DNA from: Polyangiaceae bacterium
GTDB lineage: Bacteria > Myxococcota_A > Polyangia > Polyangiales > Polyangiaceae
Assembly: GCA_050287085.1 (NCBI GenBank)
Contig: JBNKBE010000009.1
Coordinates: forward strand, 96,001-160,000
Direction of reading: 5' to 3'
DNA: 64,000 bases
Under the pieces are notes generated by a model. That model had not been told where the DNA came from. It saw nothing but the letters and a program-made list of their open reading frames with translations, and ran no database searches. Below are positions 1 through 10,153 of the stretch, piece by piece. A program made the translations under genes and the position numbers. Position 1 is the stretch's first letter, and every line of letters starts with the position of its first letter.

Positions 1-334
1 GCACGCTCCAAACGTGCTCGGTGACGGAAAGCCACGCGGAGTGCGCCCAGCCTGACCCGCAAATAGGGCGCTCCGGCTCAGCCGGTCTGGCCAAGCCAAC
101 GCCCCCTTCAGCCCACTGAGGAGCACAAGGCAACCCGTCCACCTCGTCGACCCGGCCTCCGACCACCGGATCATCGGCAATCGCGCTCGACGCGTCGTCA
201 TTGCAGAGGGGCGCAAAAACCATCGCCGCAAACGCACGCTCGGGTGCGCAAACGCAGAGCAACAAGACCGCCAGCACTCCCCAAGGAATGCTAACGACCG
301 CTCGGAACGTATTGACCCTCGCTCTGCGATACAT
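1..334 (-). CDS. Partial hypothetical exported protein (runs off the left edge)
   Basis: My translation from ATG 334 is MYRRARVNTFRAVVSIPWGVLAVLLLCVCAPERAFAAMVFAPLCNDDASSAIADDP..., open to base 1, with a signal-peptide-like N-terminus. Not in the ORF track because it has no stop in the window. Confidence 0.55.
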   Translation of the reverse strand, partial: MYRRARVNTFRAVVSIPWGVLAVLLLCVCAPERAFAAMVFAPLCNDDASSAIADDPVVGGRVDEVDGLPCAPQWAEGGVGLARPAEPERPICGSGWAHSAWLSVTEHVWSV

Positions 335-457
335 CTCGAAACCGGCCGGAATTGTATTCGGTCGAACTCCGCAAACAAATGGGCTGTGCGTGCTATTCAC
401 AGAAACTCTAAACGCGGCTTTTTTGCTTACATTATCTCACCCTGTAAGAATGGGCCT

Positions 458-3235
458 ATGGCGATGGGCAATGGCCACGTAAATACTGAAAATGGCGAAG
501 GAAAACCGACTCCGCCACCAAAGCCATCGGCCGGGCCGATGGCGAGCCAGCAGCGTCGTCACGTGGGCCGCTGGACACTCCTCAAGCCGATTGCACGAGG
601 TGGCATGGGGGAAGTCTACCTGGCCACGGCTGAGGGAATCGAAGGTGCCGAACGCCCCGCTGTGCTCAAGTTGATTCGGCGGGAACACGCTCAGGACCGT
701 TCCTTTCGGGCTCGCTTCTTCGACGAGGCCAGAATCCAAGCCCAATTCCGGCATCCAGGTGTCGTGCAAGTGCTCGAGGCCTCCCAAGACGACGGGGGCA
801 AGCCCTACGTGGTTTTGGAGCACGTCGAGGGACGCAATCTGGGTGAAGTGCGCGAACGCGCCGCGAGCCTCAGTATCCAGCTGAGCTGGGGGGATGCGGT
901 GGCGATCGCCGTTGCGTTATGTGAGGCACTCGTGCACGTGCACGAGTGCACGGACGCCGAGGGACGACCTCTGCAAATCGTCCACCGCGATCTGAGTCCT
1001 CATAACGTGATGGTCGGCTACGGAGGGGACGTCAAACTCATCGATTTCGGCACCGCTCGAGGCGAAAACCGACGGTGCCAGACCGTCTCGGGGGTTGTCT
1101 TCGCTAAGCCCGGCTACGTCGCGCCAGAAGTCGCCAACAACACTCCCGGCGGAGCCGCTGCGGACCTCTACGCCCTCGGTATCATCCTTTGGGAACTGGT
1201 CATGGGGCGCCGCTTCCTCACCGGCGACCCGGCACGGCACCTGACCGAGGTGGCCGCCGGGCGCATGCCTCCCCCAGCGGTTTCACTGACGCGCAACGTC
1301 CCTCTCGAACTCGACACGCTGATCGGATGCCTTACCGCGACCGATCTGAGCGAACGCTATGCAACTGCCCGCGAAGCGCTCAGCGGATTGGTTCGAGTGC
1401 TCAAACGAGCCCCGAGCCTCGCTGACGGTGAGCGGGGTGTCCGAAGCCGCGTGCAGCACCTGATGGCGCGACTCTACCCCGCTGAGCCCGCTCGCTCACG
1501 CTCAGAGTTCGCTCAGTTGGTCAGGGCTCAGCGCGAGGCCAAGCGCAGCGATCTCTTGATGGTCGATGGTGCCCAAACCCCGGTTGCCGACACACACCGC
1601 CTACCCGGCACCCGCTACCGCATCGAGCGCGAGCTTTCGCACAACGACATGAGCGTTGTCTATCAAGCCACGCACATCGACTTGGGGCGCCAGGTGGCAC
1701 TCAAGGTGCTGCCCCAGGAGCACTGCGACAACCCTGAGTTCGAGCGTAGCTTCCGAGACGAAGCCAGGGCGCTGGCGCGCCTGAAGCATCCCAATATCGT
1801 TCAACTTCACGACTTTGGAGTCACCCAAGACGCGCGTCCTTTCTGCGCCATGGAACTGCTCAGCGGAGTGTCGCTGAAGCAATACGCGCGCAGCCAGAAG
1901 CTCGACTGGAAGGAGGTCGTGGAGCTCGGGCTCGAATTGTGTAGCGCCCTGCAAGCGGCCCACAGCGCCGATATCGTGCACCGCGACCTGAAACCGGCCA
2001 ACGTCTTCATCACCGAAGACTATCGGATCAAGTTGATCGATTTCGGCATCGCCCAAACCGCCACCGTCGCCGAGGAAGAGAGCGATTCGCTGCACGTGCG
2101 GGGCACGGTCGAGTACATGGCGCCCGAGCAGATCGAGCGCGGCGCAGTCGACGGTCGCGCCGACCTCTACGCGCTGGCGTCCGTGTTGTATGAGCTGCTC
2201 TGCGACCAACTGCCTTTTCACGAGGACAGTACCGTCGCGCTACTGGAGGCTAAGAACCACGGACAGATCCCGGCCCCGAGCGAGCTCTGCCCAGCCGCTG
2301 GGATCCCGCGGAGCCTCGACCATCTGATCCTGAAGGCGCTGGCGCCCGATCCCGCTCGGCGCTTCGCAAACGCCACCGACTTCGCGACTGCGCTGCAGCG
2401 GACGCGCGACGAAAAAGCACGTAGAAGCCGGCAGTTGATAGGTTTCTGTGTCGCCGCGGCCGGATGCGCGGCAGCGTTCGGTCTATTCCAAGCTCTGGGC
2501 ACAGGAAGGGCTTTCGCCTGGCTGGACCACCCAGCTCCGGTGGTTCATGCCCACGCCCTAACGCCGAAAGAGCGTTGGGATCGCCGCGCCGCATTGCTGC
2601 AATACGCGCCCGAAAGCCCAACAGCGCAGGCGCTTCTCTACGCCGGTGACGCATCCTCGCAGACGGCATCCGACGCGAGCGCGCAACCAGCCTCGACTCC
2701 CGAAGACAGCGAAACAGAGCCCCCAAGCGTGGATGGGATCGTCGAAGAGCAGCCCACCGTCGCTGCGGGCTCCATCGCGCCGACGAGCACTTCCGCGTCC
2801 GAGCCCGTGGCTACGACACCGGAGCCTCAAGAGACAAGTCGTTCAGTCCCAGACGCTCCGGAGCCCGTGGCCGCCCAGTCCCAACTTGAACCCCGCATCA
2901 AGACGATAGAAGCCTGGTGGCGCCAAGGTCGAGGCGGTGTCTTCAAGGCCCTTGAGGCCGCCCGAAAACTGGGAGCGACGCACCCCGACGACCCCGACGT
3001 ATTGCGGGTGTGGTCCATCAGCGCGGCGAAAGCCGAATGGTGGGGCGAATCGCTCCGCGTGGCCACCCGCTGGGCCGCGAGTGACCCGAGCGAGGCCGCC
3101 CAGCTCCACCTGGCCCGCACACAGCGCCGCATCGGGCAGCGCTACGGTGCGATCCAAACCCTGAAGCGACTGCTCGATGAGTCGCCGGAGCACCCTGAGG
3201 CCTCTGCGCTCTTGGAGAAATACAGACAGCCCTGA
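458..3235 (+). CDS. Membrane-anchored Ser/Thr protein kinase with two tandem kinase domains and a C-terminal TPR-like region
   Basis: Domain 1: ARGGMGEVY, HRDLSPHN, DFG, YVAPE. Domain 2: VALK, HRDLKPAN, DFG, YMAPE. Then a TM helix (LIGFCVAAAG...), a Pro/Ser/Glu linker and a helical TPR-like end. Start probably ATG 458 or 464. Confidence 0.92.
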   Translation: MAMGNGHVNTENGEGKPTPPPKPSAGPMASQQRRHVGRWTLLKPIARGGMGEVYLATAEGIEGAERPAVLKLIRREHAQDRSFRARFFDEARIQAQFRHPGVVQVLEASQDDGGKPYVVLEHVEGRNLGEVRERAASLSIQLSWGDAVAIAVALCEALVHVHECTDAEGRPLQIVHRDLSPHNVMVGYGGDVKLIDFGTARGENRRCQTVSGVVFAKPGYVAPEVANNTPGGAAADLYALGIILWELVMGRRFLTGDPARHLTEVAAGRMPPPAVSLTRNVPLELDTLIGCLTATDLSERYATAREALSGLVRVLKRAPSLADGERGVRSRVQHLMARLYPAEPARSRSEFAQLVRAQREAKRSDLLMVDGAQTPVADTHRLPGTRYRIERELSHNDMSVVYQATHIDLGRQVALKVLPQEHCDNPEFERSFRDEARALARLKHPNIVQLHDFGVTQDARPFCAMELLSGVSLKQYARSQKLDWKEVVELGLELCSALQAAHSADIVHRDLKPANVFITEDYRIKLIDFGIAQTATVAEEESDSLHVRGTVEYMAPEQIERGAVDGRADLYALASVLYELLCDQLPFHEDSTVALLEAKNHGQIPAPSELCPAAGIPRSLDHLILKALAPDPARRFANATDFATALQRTRDEKARRSRQLIGFCVAAAGCAAAFGLFQALGTGRAFAWLDHPAPVVHAHALTPKERWDRRAALLQYAPESPTAQALLYAGDASSQTASDASAQPASTPEDSETEPPSVDGIVEEQPTVAAGSIAPTSTSASEPVATTPEPQETSRSVPDAPEPVAAQSQLEPRIKTIEAWWRQGRGGVFKALEAARKLGATHPDDPDVLRVWSISAAKAEWWGESLRVATRWAASDPSEAAQLHLARTQRRIGQRYGAIQTLKRLLDESPEHPEASALLEKYRQP

Positions 3236-3295
3236 GCGTTGGCAAACGCGCTCTGCTTTTGCCTTTCGTCACCCACACATGCTAGGGGCAGGCGC

Positions 3296-4165
3296 GTGGC
3301 GGTAGACAAGCGTAGCGTTCGAGTGGGCGTTCCGACCAACAAGGCGGGGCCGGGTCTCGGTCACGTGGGTGTCTTTGCCGTCGTGTGTTTCGCGCTCGGC
3401 GTGTTGTGGCCGACCCTGGGAGGGGTAACACTGGTACCGGAGCCCCCCGGCAAAGCTCGCGCCGAAGAGAAGAAGGCCAGTCCCAGGCCTCCGCATTCCG
3501 GGTTCGGAGACGCGCCCGCAGAGCCCGTACCGGTGTCGAAAGCCACCCCGGCCCCCACGCTGACCCAAGATGCAAGAATTCAGATCGAACGGTCCTTGGT
3601 GGTCAATTGTCGCGATGCCCAGGACCGACGACTGGCGTCCTGCGACGAGCCGGGCTTCGATGGAGTCGCCAAAGACCGAATCCTGGCGTTGAGTACATGC
3701 CCCGCTGCGGAGTTCGCCGCGGGCACCCTCTCTCTCGGTTTTGACCTCGACTTCGCGACCAAGAAGATTCGGAAACTTCTGCGCGGCAAGAGCACAACTG
3801 TGCCCGACGACACAGCCGAAGCGCTCGTCGAGTGCGCCAAGCGCGAGTTCCTCTCCGCAACGCTGCAGGACGTAGCCTTCACCCATCCGCGCTACCTGGT
3901 GTTCTACGTCATACGCTTCGTTCCCGCCGGGACGCCGGAGGTTGCACTGGACGGGGAGAACGCCGTCGTGAAAGCCAGCGGCTCCGCCTCAATTATCTGG
4001 AATTCTGCACGGATACGCTCCGAGCCAGAAGCGGGCGAAGTGAAGGCACGCCTGCTCTACGGCACCAAGGTCTTCGTGACAGGGCGACGCGGCGACTGGT
4101 ATCGCGTCCGATACGACGCCCGTGGCTCCGAGGGCTGGGTGCACAAAAACGCACTCGCGCTATAG
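3296..4165 (+). CDS. Membrane-anchored protein with a C-terminal bacterial SH3-like domain
   Basis: N-terminal TM helix. C-terminal ARIRSEP...LLYGTKVFV...GDWYRVRY...EGWVHKN is an SH3b pattern. Start uncertain (3239 or 3296). Confidence 0.75.
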   Translation: MAVDKRSVRVGVPTNKAGPGLGHVGVFAVVCFALGVLWPTLGGVTLVPEPPGKARAEEKKASPRPPHSGFGDAPAEPVPVSKATPAPTLTQDARIQIERSLVVNCRDAQDRRLASCDEPGFDGVAKDRILALSTCPAAEFAAGTLSLGFDLDFATKKIRKLLRGKSTTVPDDTAEALVECAKREFLSATLQDVAFTHPRYLVFYVIRFVPAGTPEVALDGENAVVKASGSASIIWNSARIRSEPEAGEVKARLLYGTKVFVTGRRGDWYRVRYDARGSEGWVHKNALAL

Positions 4166-4340
4166 ACAACACCCCGGCGAGTGCTGACACTTCAGCAGGC
4201 ACGAGCCGACCTCCGTCTGCCGTGCTAAGCTGGTGAATTGAAAGGCAGTCGTTCCGTGCCGGGCCCAACGCCCCGCGCACTCCGACAATCCCGGCTCCCG
4301 GTGGCCTCGCGGCACTGAAGCCGTCCCGAGAATACGACAC

Positions 4341-4724
4341 GTGACGACCAAGAACAGCAAGAAGCAGGCGAACCAGGCGGGGGAAAACGTAGCCCTGATC
4401 TGTGGTGCTTCAGAGGATGGCAGCCAGATTGCACTGCTCCGCAAACGCAACGATCGGGTGGAAGCTGGCATCGCGAGAAAGCTCGAGGAAGGAAAGCCCA
4501 TCCACGGTGAGGTAGTGCAGCTGCGTCCGCGAGAGAACTCGCTGCTATGTGACGTGGAAACCGTCTATCAGTCGCCCGAAGCCCCGGAGACGACGCCGAG
4601 CGCGGCCTCACCCCGCTCCGGCGGAGAGCATCGAGGGCATCCGGCGCAGGTGGCTTCGGATACCTACCGCAGCGGCTGGGACGCCATTTGGAGCCGAACC
4701 AGCCGCGAAAAGCTGCTCAACTAG
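4341..4724 (+). CDS. Hypothetical protein
   Basis: 127-aa ORF with globular composition filling the gap between two genes; ends PAQVASDTYRSGWDAIWSRTSREKLLN. Confidence 0.7.
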   Translation: MTTKNSKKQANQAGENVALICGASEDGSQIALLRKRNDRVEAGIARKLEEGKPIHGEVVQLRPRENSLLCDVETVYQSPEAPETTPSAASPRSGGEHRGHPAQVASDTYRSGWDAIWSRTSREKLLN

Positions 4725-4757
4725 ACGGCTCGCCCCAACTACGAGCGCCACGTCCCG

Positions 4758-6959
4758 CTACAGTAGCGCTAGCACGTCCAGCACCCCCTGGCGCGGCACC
4801 ACAAATACGACTCGAGCGAGCTCCTCCCGCTTTGAACGCGCGTAATAGACGGCAGCCCCCTCAAAGGCGTCTGCCGCTCCAATGACATAGGCGAGCTTGC
4901 CGCTCGGGGGGCTTTCACCCAGCGCGTTCTGCCACTCGTACTCGACTTCCAGCGCGGGACTACCCAGGCCGTGGTGTGACTGCTCCCCGGTCACGGACGC
5001 TACCGCCAATGGCTGAACACGCCCTAGCACGTCGATAAGCTCTTGTGACCGAGCGGGTCCCAGTACGGGTCCCGCCGTTTGCACCCACTCATCCCCGAGC
5101 GCCTCCAACACCCAGGCGTGCTGCCCACCGGCTCCTCGCACCGTGACCTTCGTGAGTCGCTCGCGATCGACGCGGAAGGCGCTTCGATCGATCACCCAAG
5201 TGTCCAGACGCCGAAGCTCTGCCTCCCCGAGGCGAAAGACCCCTTGCCCGTCCAAGGAAGCGTAGCGGCCACCTGCTGGTGCGGGAGCCCCCACGATGAG
5301 CTCATGCTGCTCCGACTCGGTCGCCAGCTGAACGCGCAACGTCGGAGCGTCAAAACCAAACTCCCCGTTCACACTCGACTGGACCCACGCTTCTGCGCTG
5401 AGATGGGCCAGCGCCTCAACCAGTTCGCTGGCCACGCCCTCGTCGACGGGCAACCCCGCCGGACGCTCCATACGCCAGCGCTCGTCCGTCCGAACGAGTA
5501 CTTGCATCCCGCGGGCAGCATTCACCTGAATCCGTCGAATAGTACTCGGCTCCAAGCGCAGTACCTCCAGACTCCGGAGCAGGACATCGTCGACAGAGAG
5601 CAGGTTGCGAATACCGGGCCCCAGGCGGAGCCACGCCCCATCGTCATGACGCTCCGCGTAGACGAAGGGGCTGTCCTCCAGTCCGTAAAGCGTGAGGCGT
5701 TCTTCACGCCCCGGCTTGTCATCGCTCAGCGCCTGAGTCCGATACACGAGCTGAGCGTGGGGGCGCTCGCGGGTACCTGGCGGCGGCGTGGAAAGCCACT
5801 CGCCAGAGGCATTGGCTAGCGCTTCGACACGCAACTGACCGCGCTCCTGCGGCACGTTACCGTCGCGCGGTGAACGCATATGAAAGCCTTCCTCGGAGCG
5901 CACAAGGCTCAACTTATCCCCCAAGCGCTCAATCTCGAGAGCCTCCACCTCATCCGCTCGAAACGACGTTAACCCCGCGTCGATGAACTGCTCGGGACGC
6001 GCCAGAAGTGCGCGTAGCGCCGGGACCTGAACGCAGGCAGCCAGGGGCTCCGGTTGAACGCGCACAGCCAACTCGCCCACGTCTGAGCCGGGACACGGTC
6101 CCCCCAGCATCAAGTCGAGCGAACGCTCTCGGGTCGCGCTGGCGTGCAACGCCACAAGCGCGGGATGCTCTCGCTGTAGCTCCGTGGCTTGCTCGACGGC
6201 GACCCAATCGCGACTCTGAAGCCGGGCCATCTCCGCGAAGAGACGGTTCATCAGCGCGCCGCTCACACGGGCGCCCTTGAACGCCTCTCCGAAATACCAG
6301 CCGCCCGCGCTTCCCCCTTCGAGGGCGCGATGTTCCAGGGCCACACCATCTCGCCCCGCTGTTGCCTGACCCGCCCTCGAAAGACGGAGCGAACGCAGGT
6401 CTCGCTCCGGGAACGTCAGCAAACGGGTGATCCGAAACTCGGCGGGCGTGACCCGAAAAGCCTCGACCAGTCCTTCTGCGACCACGTAGATTCCGGGGCG
6501 CGCGCCGCCGCGAACGGCCAAGTAGCGCGCCCCTTTGGGCGTTGCGGCCTCCGCGCCCACAAGTAGCGTGAGCGTTCCCCCTCCCAATTCGAGCTTCAGC
6601 TCGATACTCGGCGCGTCCAAGCCGTAGCGCGCTGCGTCGCCGTCCGTCGGCAATTGCCGTACGAAGCTCGCGTAGCGGAGCGCCCTCAGCAGCCCGTCCA
6701 CGCGGGCGTCGTCGGCCACAGCGTGCTCCGGCGCGACCATCAAGAAGCGGTGCTCTCCCTCGGAAGCCTCGATCCGCAAACGCTCCGGCGCTTCGAGCTC
6801 GAGAGCGCGCACCTCGTCCTCTTCGAAGGCCGGCAGTAGATTGTGCTCACGCGCCAGTAGTTGCCCCGTCGTGGGGAGCCTCTCCGTGGCGAACACGGCT
6901 CCCCAGGCCACCAAGGCCATTACGACCAAGGCCATATCAACCCAGTGCTTGCGCGTCAC
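4758..6959 (-). CDS. Protein with multiple DUF4340-like domains
   Basis: N-terminal TM helix and repeated 'YGLDAP / FGFDAP / HGLGSP ... L.VG.....G.RY' modules. GTG start overlaps the upstream stop (GTGA). Confidence 0.8.
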   Translation of the reverse strand: MTRKHWVDMALVVMALVAWGAVFATERLPTTGQLLAREHNLLPAFEEDEVRALELEAPERLRIEASEGEHRFLMVAPEHAVADDARVDGLLRALRYASFVRQLPTDGDAARYGLDAPSIELKLELGGGTLTLLVGAEAATPKGARYLAVRGGARPGIYVVAEGLVEAFRVTPAEFRITRLLTFPERDLRSLRLSRAGQATAGRDGVALEHRALEGGSAGGWYFGEAFKGARVSGALMNRLFAEMARLQSRDWVAVEQATELQREHPALVALHASATRERSLDLMLGGPCPGSDVGELAVRVQPEPLAACVQVPALRALLARPEQFIDAGLTSFRADEVEALEIERLGDKLSLVRSEEGFHMRSPRDGNVPQERGQLRVEALANASGEWLSTPPPGTRERPHAQLVYRTQALSDDKPGREERLTLYGLEDSPFVYAERHDDGAWLRLGPGIRNLLSVDDVLLRSLEVLRLEPSTIRRIQVNAARGMQVLVRTDERWRMERPAGLPVDEGVASELVEALAHLSAEAWVQSSVNGEFGFDAPTLRVQLATESEQHELIVGAPAPAGGRYASLDGQGVFRLGEAELRRLDTWVIDRSAFRVDRERLTKVTVRGAGGQHAWVLEALGDEWVQTAGPVLGPARSQELIDVLGRVQPLAVASVTGEQSHHGLGSPALEVEYEWQNALGESPPSGKLAYVIGAADAFEGAAVYYARSKREELARVVFVVPRQGVLDVLALL

Positions 6960-8545
6960 ACATCCTCCGACTCGGGCTCATGCCGGCGGCGAAGGAGCGC
7001 CAACACGCCGATGAGGGCAGCCACCGCTGGCATGTAGAAGAGCACGTAGCGATGGACTTCGCCGAGCGCAGCGTCTGTCAGAGCCAAGCCCGCGGCATAA
7101 CGCGGCTTGTCCGGAACGCTCACAAGTGCTCGACGCTGACTCAGCCATGTGAGCACCTGCTCCACGAAGGTGCGCGTGGAGAAGAGACCGGCCTCAGACC
7201 AGGTTGCGGCTAGCAACGGGCTGACGCTGCCCAACACCAGCAAACGTGCCTGACGCTGTCCTGAACCATGCTCCCCAACGGCGGCAGCGGCGACGACCTG
7301 CTCGCCCGGCGACTGACTCGCCTTGCGCAAACGTTCCACGGCGCGGGGGCCGTCCAGCTCCGCCACCGACGGCAAGGAGAACGCAAGCGCGCTCGAACGC
7401 AGCAGAGGTGTCGCGGGGGCGCCCGGGGCGAGCTCTAGCCCCTGAGCCAGACGCAATACAACGCCCTGATCCGGCGCCTCGACGCCGCGAGTTGTGGGAT
7501 GTGACAACGCGCTAGCGATGAATACCTCACCGCCCAATCCCACCGGTAGACGACGCGCCTCGTCGGTCTCAAATACCAACCCCGTACGCGAACGCACGCC
7601 GAAGCGCTGGAGGAAGCGATCGAGAGCGCCGAGTTCAGCCCCTTCCAACGCCGGGCCAAGGGCCACCAAGACGCCCCCACCCTGCTCCCAGTAGCGGTCG
7701 AGCTCCGCCTCAACGCGCGCTTCGAAGGGTTGTTCCGGAGCGGCGATAATCAGCAGCGAGCACGCGCTAAGCTCGCTGCTTGCCGATGCCACGTCCAATC
7801 GCAGTGAACGAACCCTGAAGTTGTTGCGCTCCAAGCGCGCGCGCAGTTCACGCAGCCCCCCCGGCCCAGCATCATCGATCGAAAGCTCTCCATGACCTTC
7901 ACTGAAGCAAGCCGTGGCCTCCACCTGGTCGAGCAGCTGAACAAGCCCCTCGCTCAGAGCTTGCTCCAATCGGGGCCGAGCGAACCCAGCGTCGTCGAAT
8001 TGAACGATGTCGTCCGTGGTGATGAACCAGCGTCGTTCACCACGCACCAGCACGATGCTCGCTTCGGCCGCCAATCGTCCGTTTTCGGTGCGCCCTTCGA
8101 AAACCCCATACTCTCGCTGCAACGCAACGAACGTCGCCGGATCGCGATCCGGATCGACAAAGCGCGCGGCGAGCCATGGTGAACGAGCACGATACTCGTC
8201 CAGGACGTAGCGCACGCTGCCGGTCATCGGGTCGGTACCCGGCAGAAAGACGACGACCTCAATCGGGTCCTGTAACCGCTCAAGAACCTCAAGGGTCGGG
8301 GGTGTGAGCGAATAGAGCTCCGCGCCTGTCAAATCCAACCGGTCGAAGAAGCGCTCCGCCAAAACGTTGCATGCAACGAATAGGAGCACGGCCGCCATCA
8401 CGCCCGCAAAACGCCAAGGCGAGGGCAGCAAAGCCTCCCTAGAAAAAGCCTCCCTAGAATCAGGCAAGCGCCCCCCTGCCGCTGGCATAGCCATCGACGA
8501 CGCGCACAGAGAGAAAGAGCGCAAGCGCCGCAACACTGAGGTCAA
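6956..8545 (-). CDS. GldG-family ABC auxiliary (GIFT-like) protein
   Basis: RLDLTG..YSLT..T..VL motif, FVDPDRDP, FSEGHGE, LIIAAP, and a C-terminal TM helix followed by RRR. The true start is probably downstream (about 8400-8495). Confidence 0.85.
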   Translation of the reverse strand: MTSVLRRLRSFSLCASSMAMPAAGGRLPDSREAFSREALLPSPWRFAGVMAAVLLFVACNVLAERFFDRLDLTGAELYSLTPPTLEVLERLQDPIEVVVFLPGTDPMTGSVRYVLDEYRARSPWLAARFVDPDRDPATFVALQREYGVFEGRTENGRLAAEASIVLVRGERRWFITTDDIVQFDDAGFARPRLEQALSEGLVQLLDQVEATACFSEGHGELSIDDAGPGGLRELRARLERNNFRVRSLRLDVASASSELSACSLLIIAAPEQPFEARVEAELDRYWEQGGGVLVALGPALEGAELGALDRFLQRFGVRSRTGLVFETDEARRLPVGLGGEVFIASALSHPTTRGVEAPDQGVVLRLAQGLELAPGAPATPLLRSSALAFSLPSVAELDGPRAVERLRKASQSPGEQVVAAAAVGEHGSGQRQARLLVLGSVSPLLAATWSEAGLFSTRTFVEQVLTWLSQRRALVSVPDKPRYAAGLALTDAALGEVHRYVLFYMPAVAALIGVLALLRRRHEPESEDV

Positions 8546-9230
8546 GACACACGCGGCGGGAATCGATCACGCCCTTCGAGAAGTCCTCGAGCTGCGCGAG
8601 GACCGACACATAGCGCGATAGCGATAGCAGCGGACCTTCGTCAAATATGCGCTCGCCGACGCCTAAGACCAGCCAACCGAAGACGGCAAGGGTGGACAAT
8701 AGTAGCGCCACAAACTGGGAGGAAGATAGGGCGCTCATCAGGCTACCGAGCGCGATGAATGCGCTGCCCAGCAGCAGCAACCCGACGTAGCTGACGAAGA
8801 CAACCGACCACTCAACGACGCCCGTATCGCGGAGAATGAACGAATACAGAACTGTCGGCGCCCACATCAATGCGTAGGTAAGAAGAACTGCCAGATACTT
8901 GCCCAGCACAACGGCCGGAGCCGGCACTGCCGCCGTTAGGAGTAGCTCGATGCTGCCACTTCGACGCTCCTCGGACAGAGTCCGCATGGTCAACGACGGG
9001 CACACGAGCACCAATGAGATCGGTACGAATAGCGAGGCGAAGTAGCCTTGGACGGGACCATCGAACGCTCCAGAGCCCGCAAAGTGCGCGAAGTGATCGA
9101 CCATCAGCGTGAAGCTCAGGCCCTGCAGTGCGAGGAATACGAAGAGCAGTACCCACGCCGTGGGCGTGACCCACAGGCTGCGCAGTTCACGGCGAAAGAT
9201 AGCAGCCAATGCAACCCAGGTACGCTTCAT
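8460..9230 (-). CDS. ABC-2 type permease (GldF-like)
   Basis: IFRRELRS, LTMRTLSEERRSGSIELLLT, GKYLA, FSKGVID; multiple TM helices. ATG overlaps the ATPase stop (ATGA). Confidence 0.9.
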   Translation of the reverse strand: MKRTWVALAAIFRRELRSLWVTPTAWVLLFVFLALQGLSFTLMVDHFAHFAGSGAFDGPVQGYFASLFVPISLVLVCPSLTMRTLSEERRSGSIELLLTAAVPAPAVVLGKYLAVLLTYALMWAPTVLYSFILRDTGVVEWSVVFVSYVGLLLLGSAFIALGSLMSALSSSQFVALLLSTLAVFGWLVLGVGERIFDEGPLLSLSRYVSVLAQLEDFSKGVIDSRRVCLDLSVAALALFLSVRVVDGYASGRGALA

Positions 9231-10153
9231 ATCGCGGCGTCTCCTTGGGTCAGTTTTGAGAAGACGTCCTCGAGCCGCGAACGATGTGGACGCGCCTCCA
9301 GCACACGCTGGCCCGCCTGCACGCATGCTTCGACCACCGCGCTGAGTGGCTCGTTTGCAAGCAGCGCGAGCTCCAGTTCCGTGCGACCGTCGCCGACGCG
9401 GCGGGCCAGAACCGAAGTCATGAGAGCTGCCGGAAGCGTGGCGTCTGTGCCCCCCAGCACAAGCACGGCGCGCCCCTCGGCTTCCTGATGGCCAAGCTCC
9501 TCCAGACGACCGTCGAGCACCACTCGACCGCGATGAATGACCAACACGCGATCACATACCATTTCGACTTCGCTGAGAATGTGCGTAGAGAGCAACACCG
9601 TCTGCCGCCCGCGAAGCTCACCAATGAGGGAGCGGACCTCGCGGATTTGATTGGGATCGAGCCCCGCAGTGGGCTCGTCGAGAATGACGAGCTTCGGCCG
9701 TCCCAGCAGGGCGTCAGCGAGCCCAACGCGCTGCCGAAACCCTTTTGATAGCTGGCCGATGATCGCGTGGGGGCGCTGGGCAAGCCCGGTTTCCTCGATC
9801 ACCCGAGCCACCTCCTTGCGCTGCTCCTCGCGGCCACGGACCTTGAGTCGAGCGCGGAACAACAAGTATTCGCTGACGCGCATCTCGCGATAGCTGCTCG
9901 GAGCCTCCGGCATGTAGCCGATCAACGACTGGGCCCGATGGCGCTCGCGCTGCACGTCGAAGCCGCCTACGCGCACCGAACCCAATGTCGGTTCCAGGAA
10001 CCCGGCCAAGATCCGCAAGGTCGTAGTCTTTCCCGCCCCATTGGGTCCAAGGAAACCCACGATGCCCCCCTCCGCCACGGAAAAGGAGAGGTCCCGAACG
10101 GCGTGATGGGCCCCAAAGGACTTGTGCAGATGCTCGGCTTCTACGATGGCCAC
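9227..10153 (-). CDS. ABC transporter ATP-binding protein (GldA-like)
   Basis: Walker A GPNGAGKTT, signature LSKGFRQR, Walker B ILDEP, H-loop STH. The ORF is open to 10564, but the ABC domain begins at about GTG 10153. Confidence 0.92.
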   Translation of the reverse strand: MAIVEAEHLHKSFGAHHAVRDLSFSVAEGGIVGFLGPNGAGKTTTLRILAGFLEPTLGSVRVGGFDVQRERHRAQSLIGYMPEAPSSYREMRVSEYLLFRARLKVRGREEQRKEVARVIEETGLAQRPHAIIGQLSKGFRQRVGLADALLGRPKLVILDEPTAGLDPNQIREVRSLIGELRGRQTVLLSTHILSEVEMVCDRVLVIHRGRVVLDGRLEELGHQEAEGRAVLVLGGTDATLPAALMTSVLARRVGDGRTELELALLANEPLSAVVEACVQAGQRVLEARPHRSRLEDVFSKLTQGDAAI

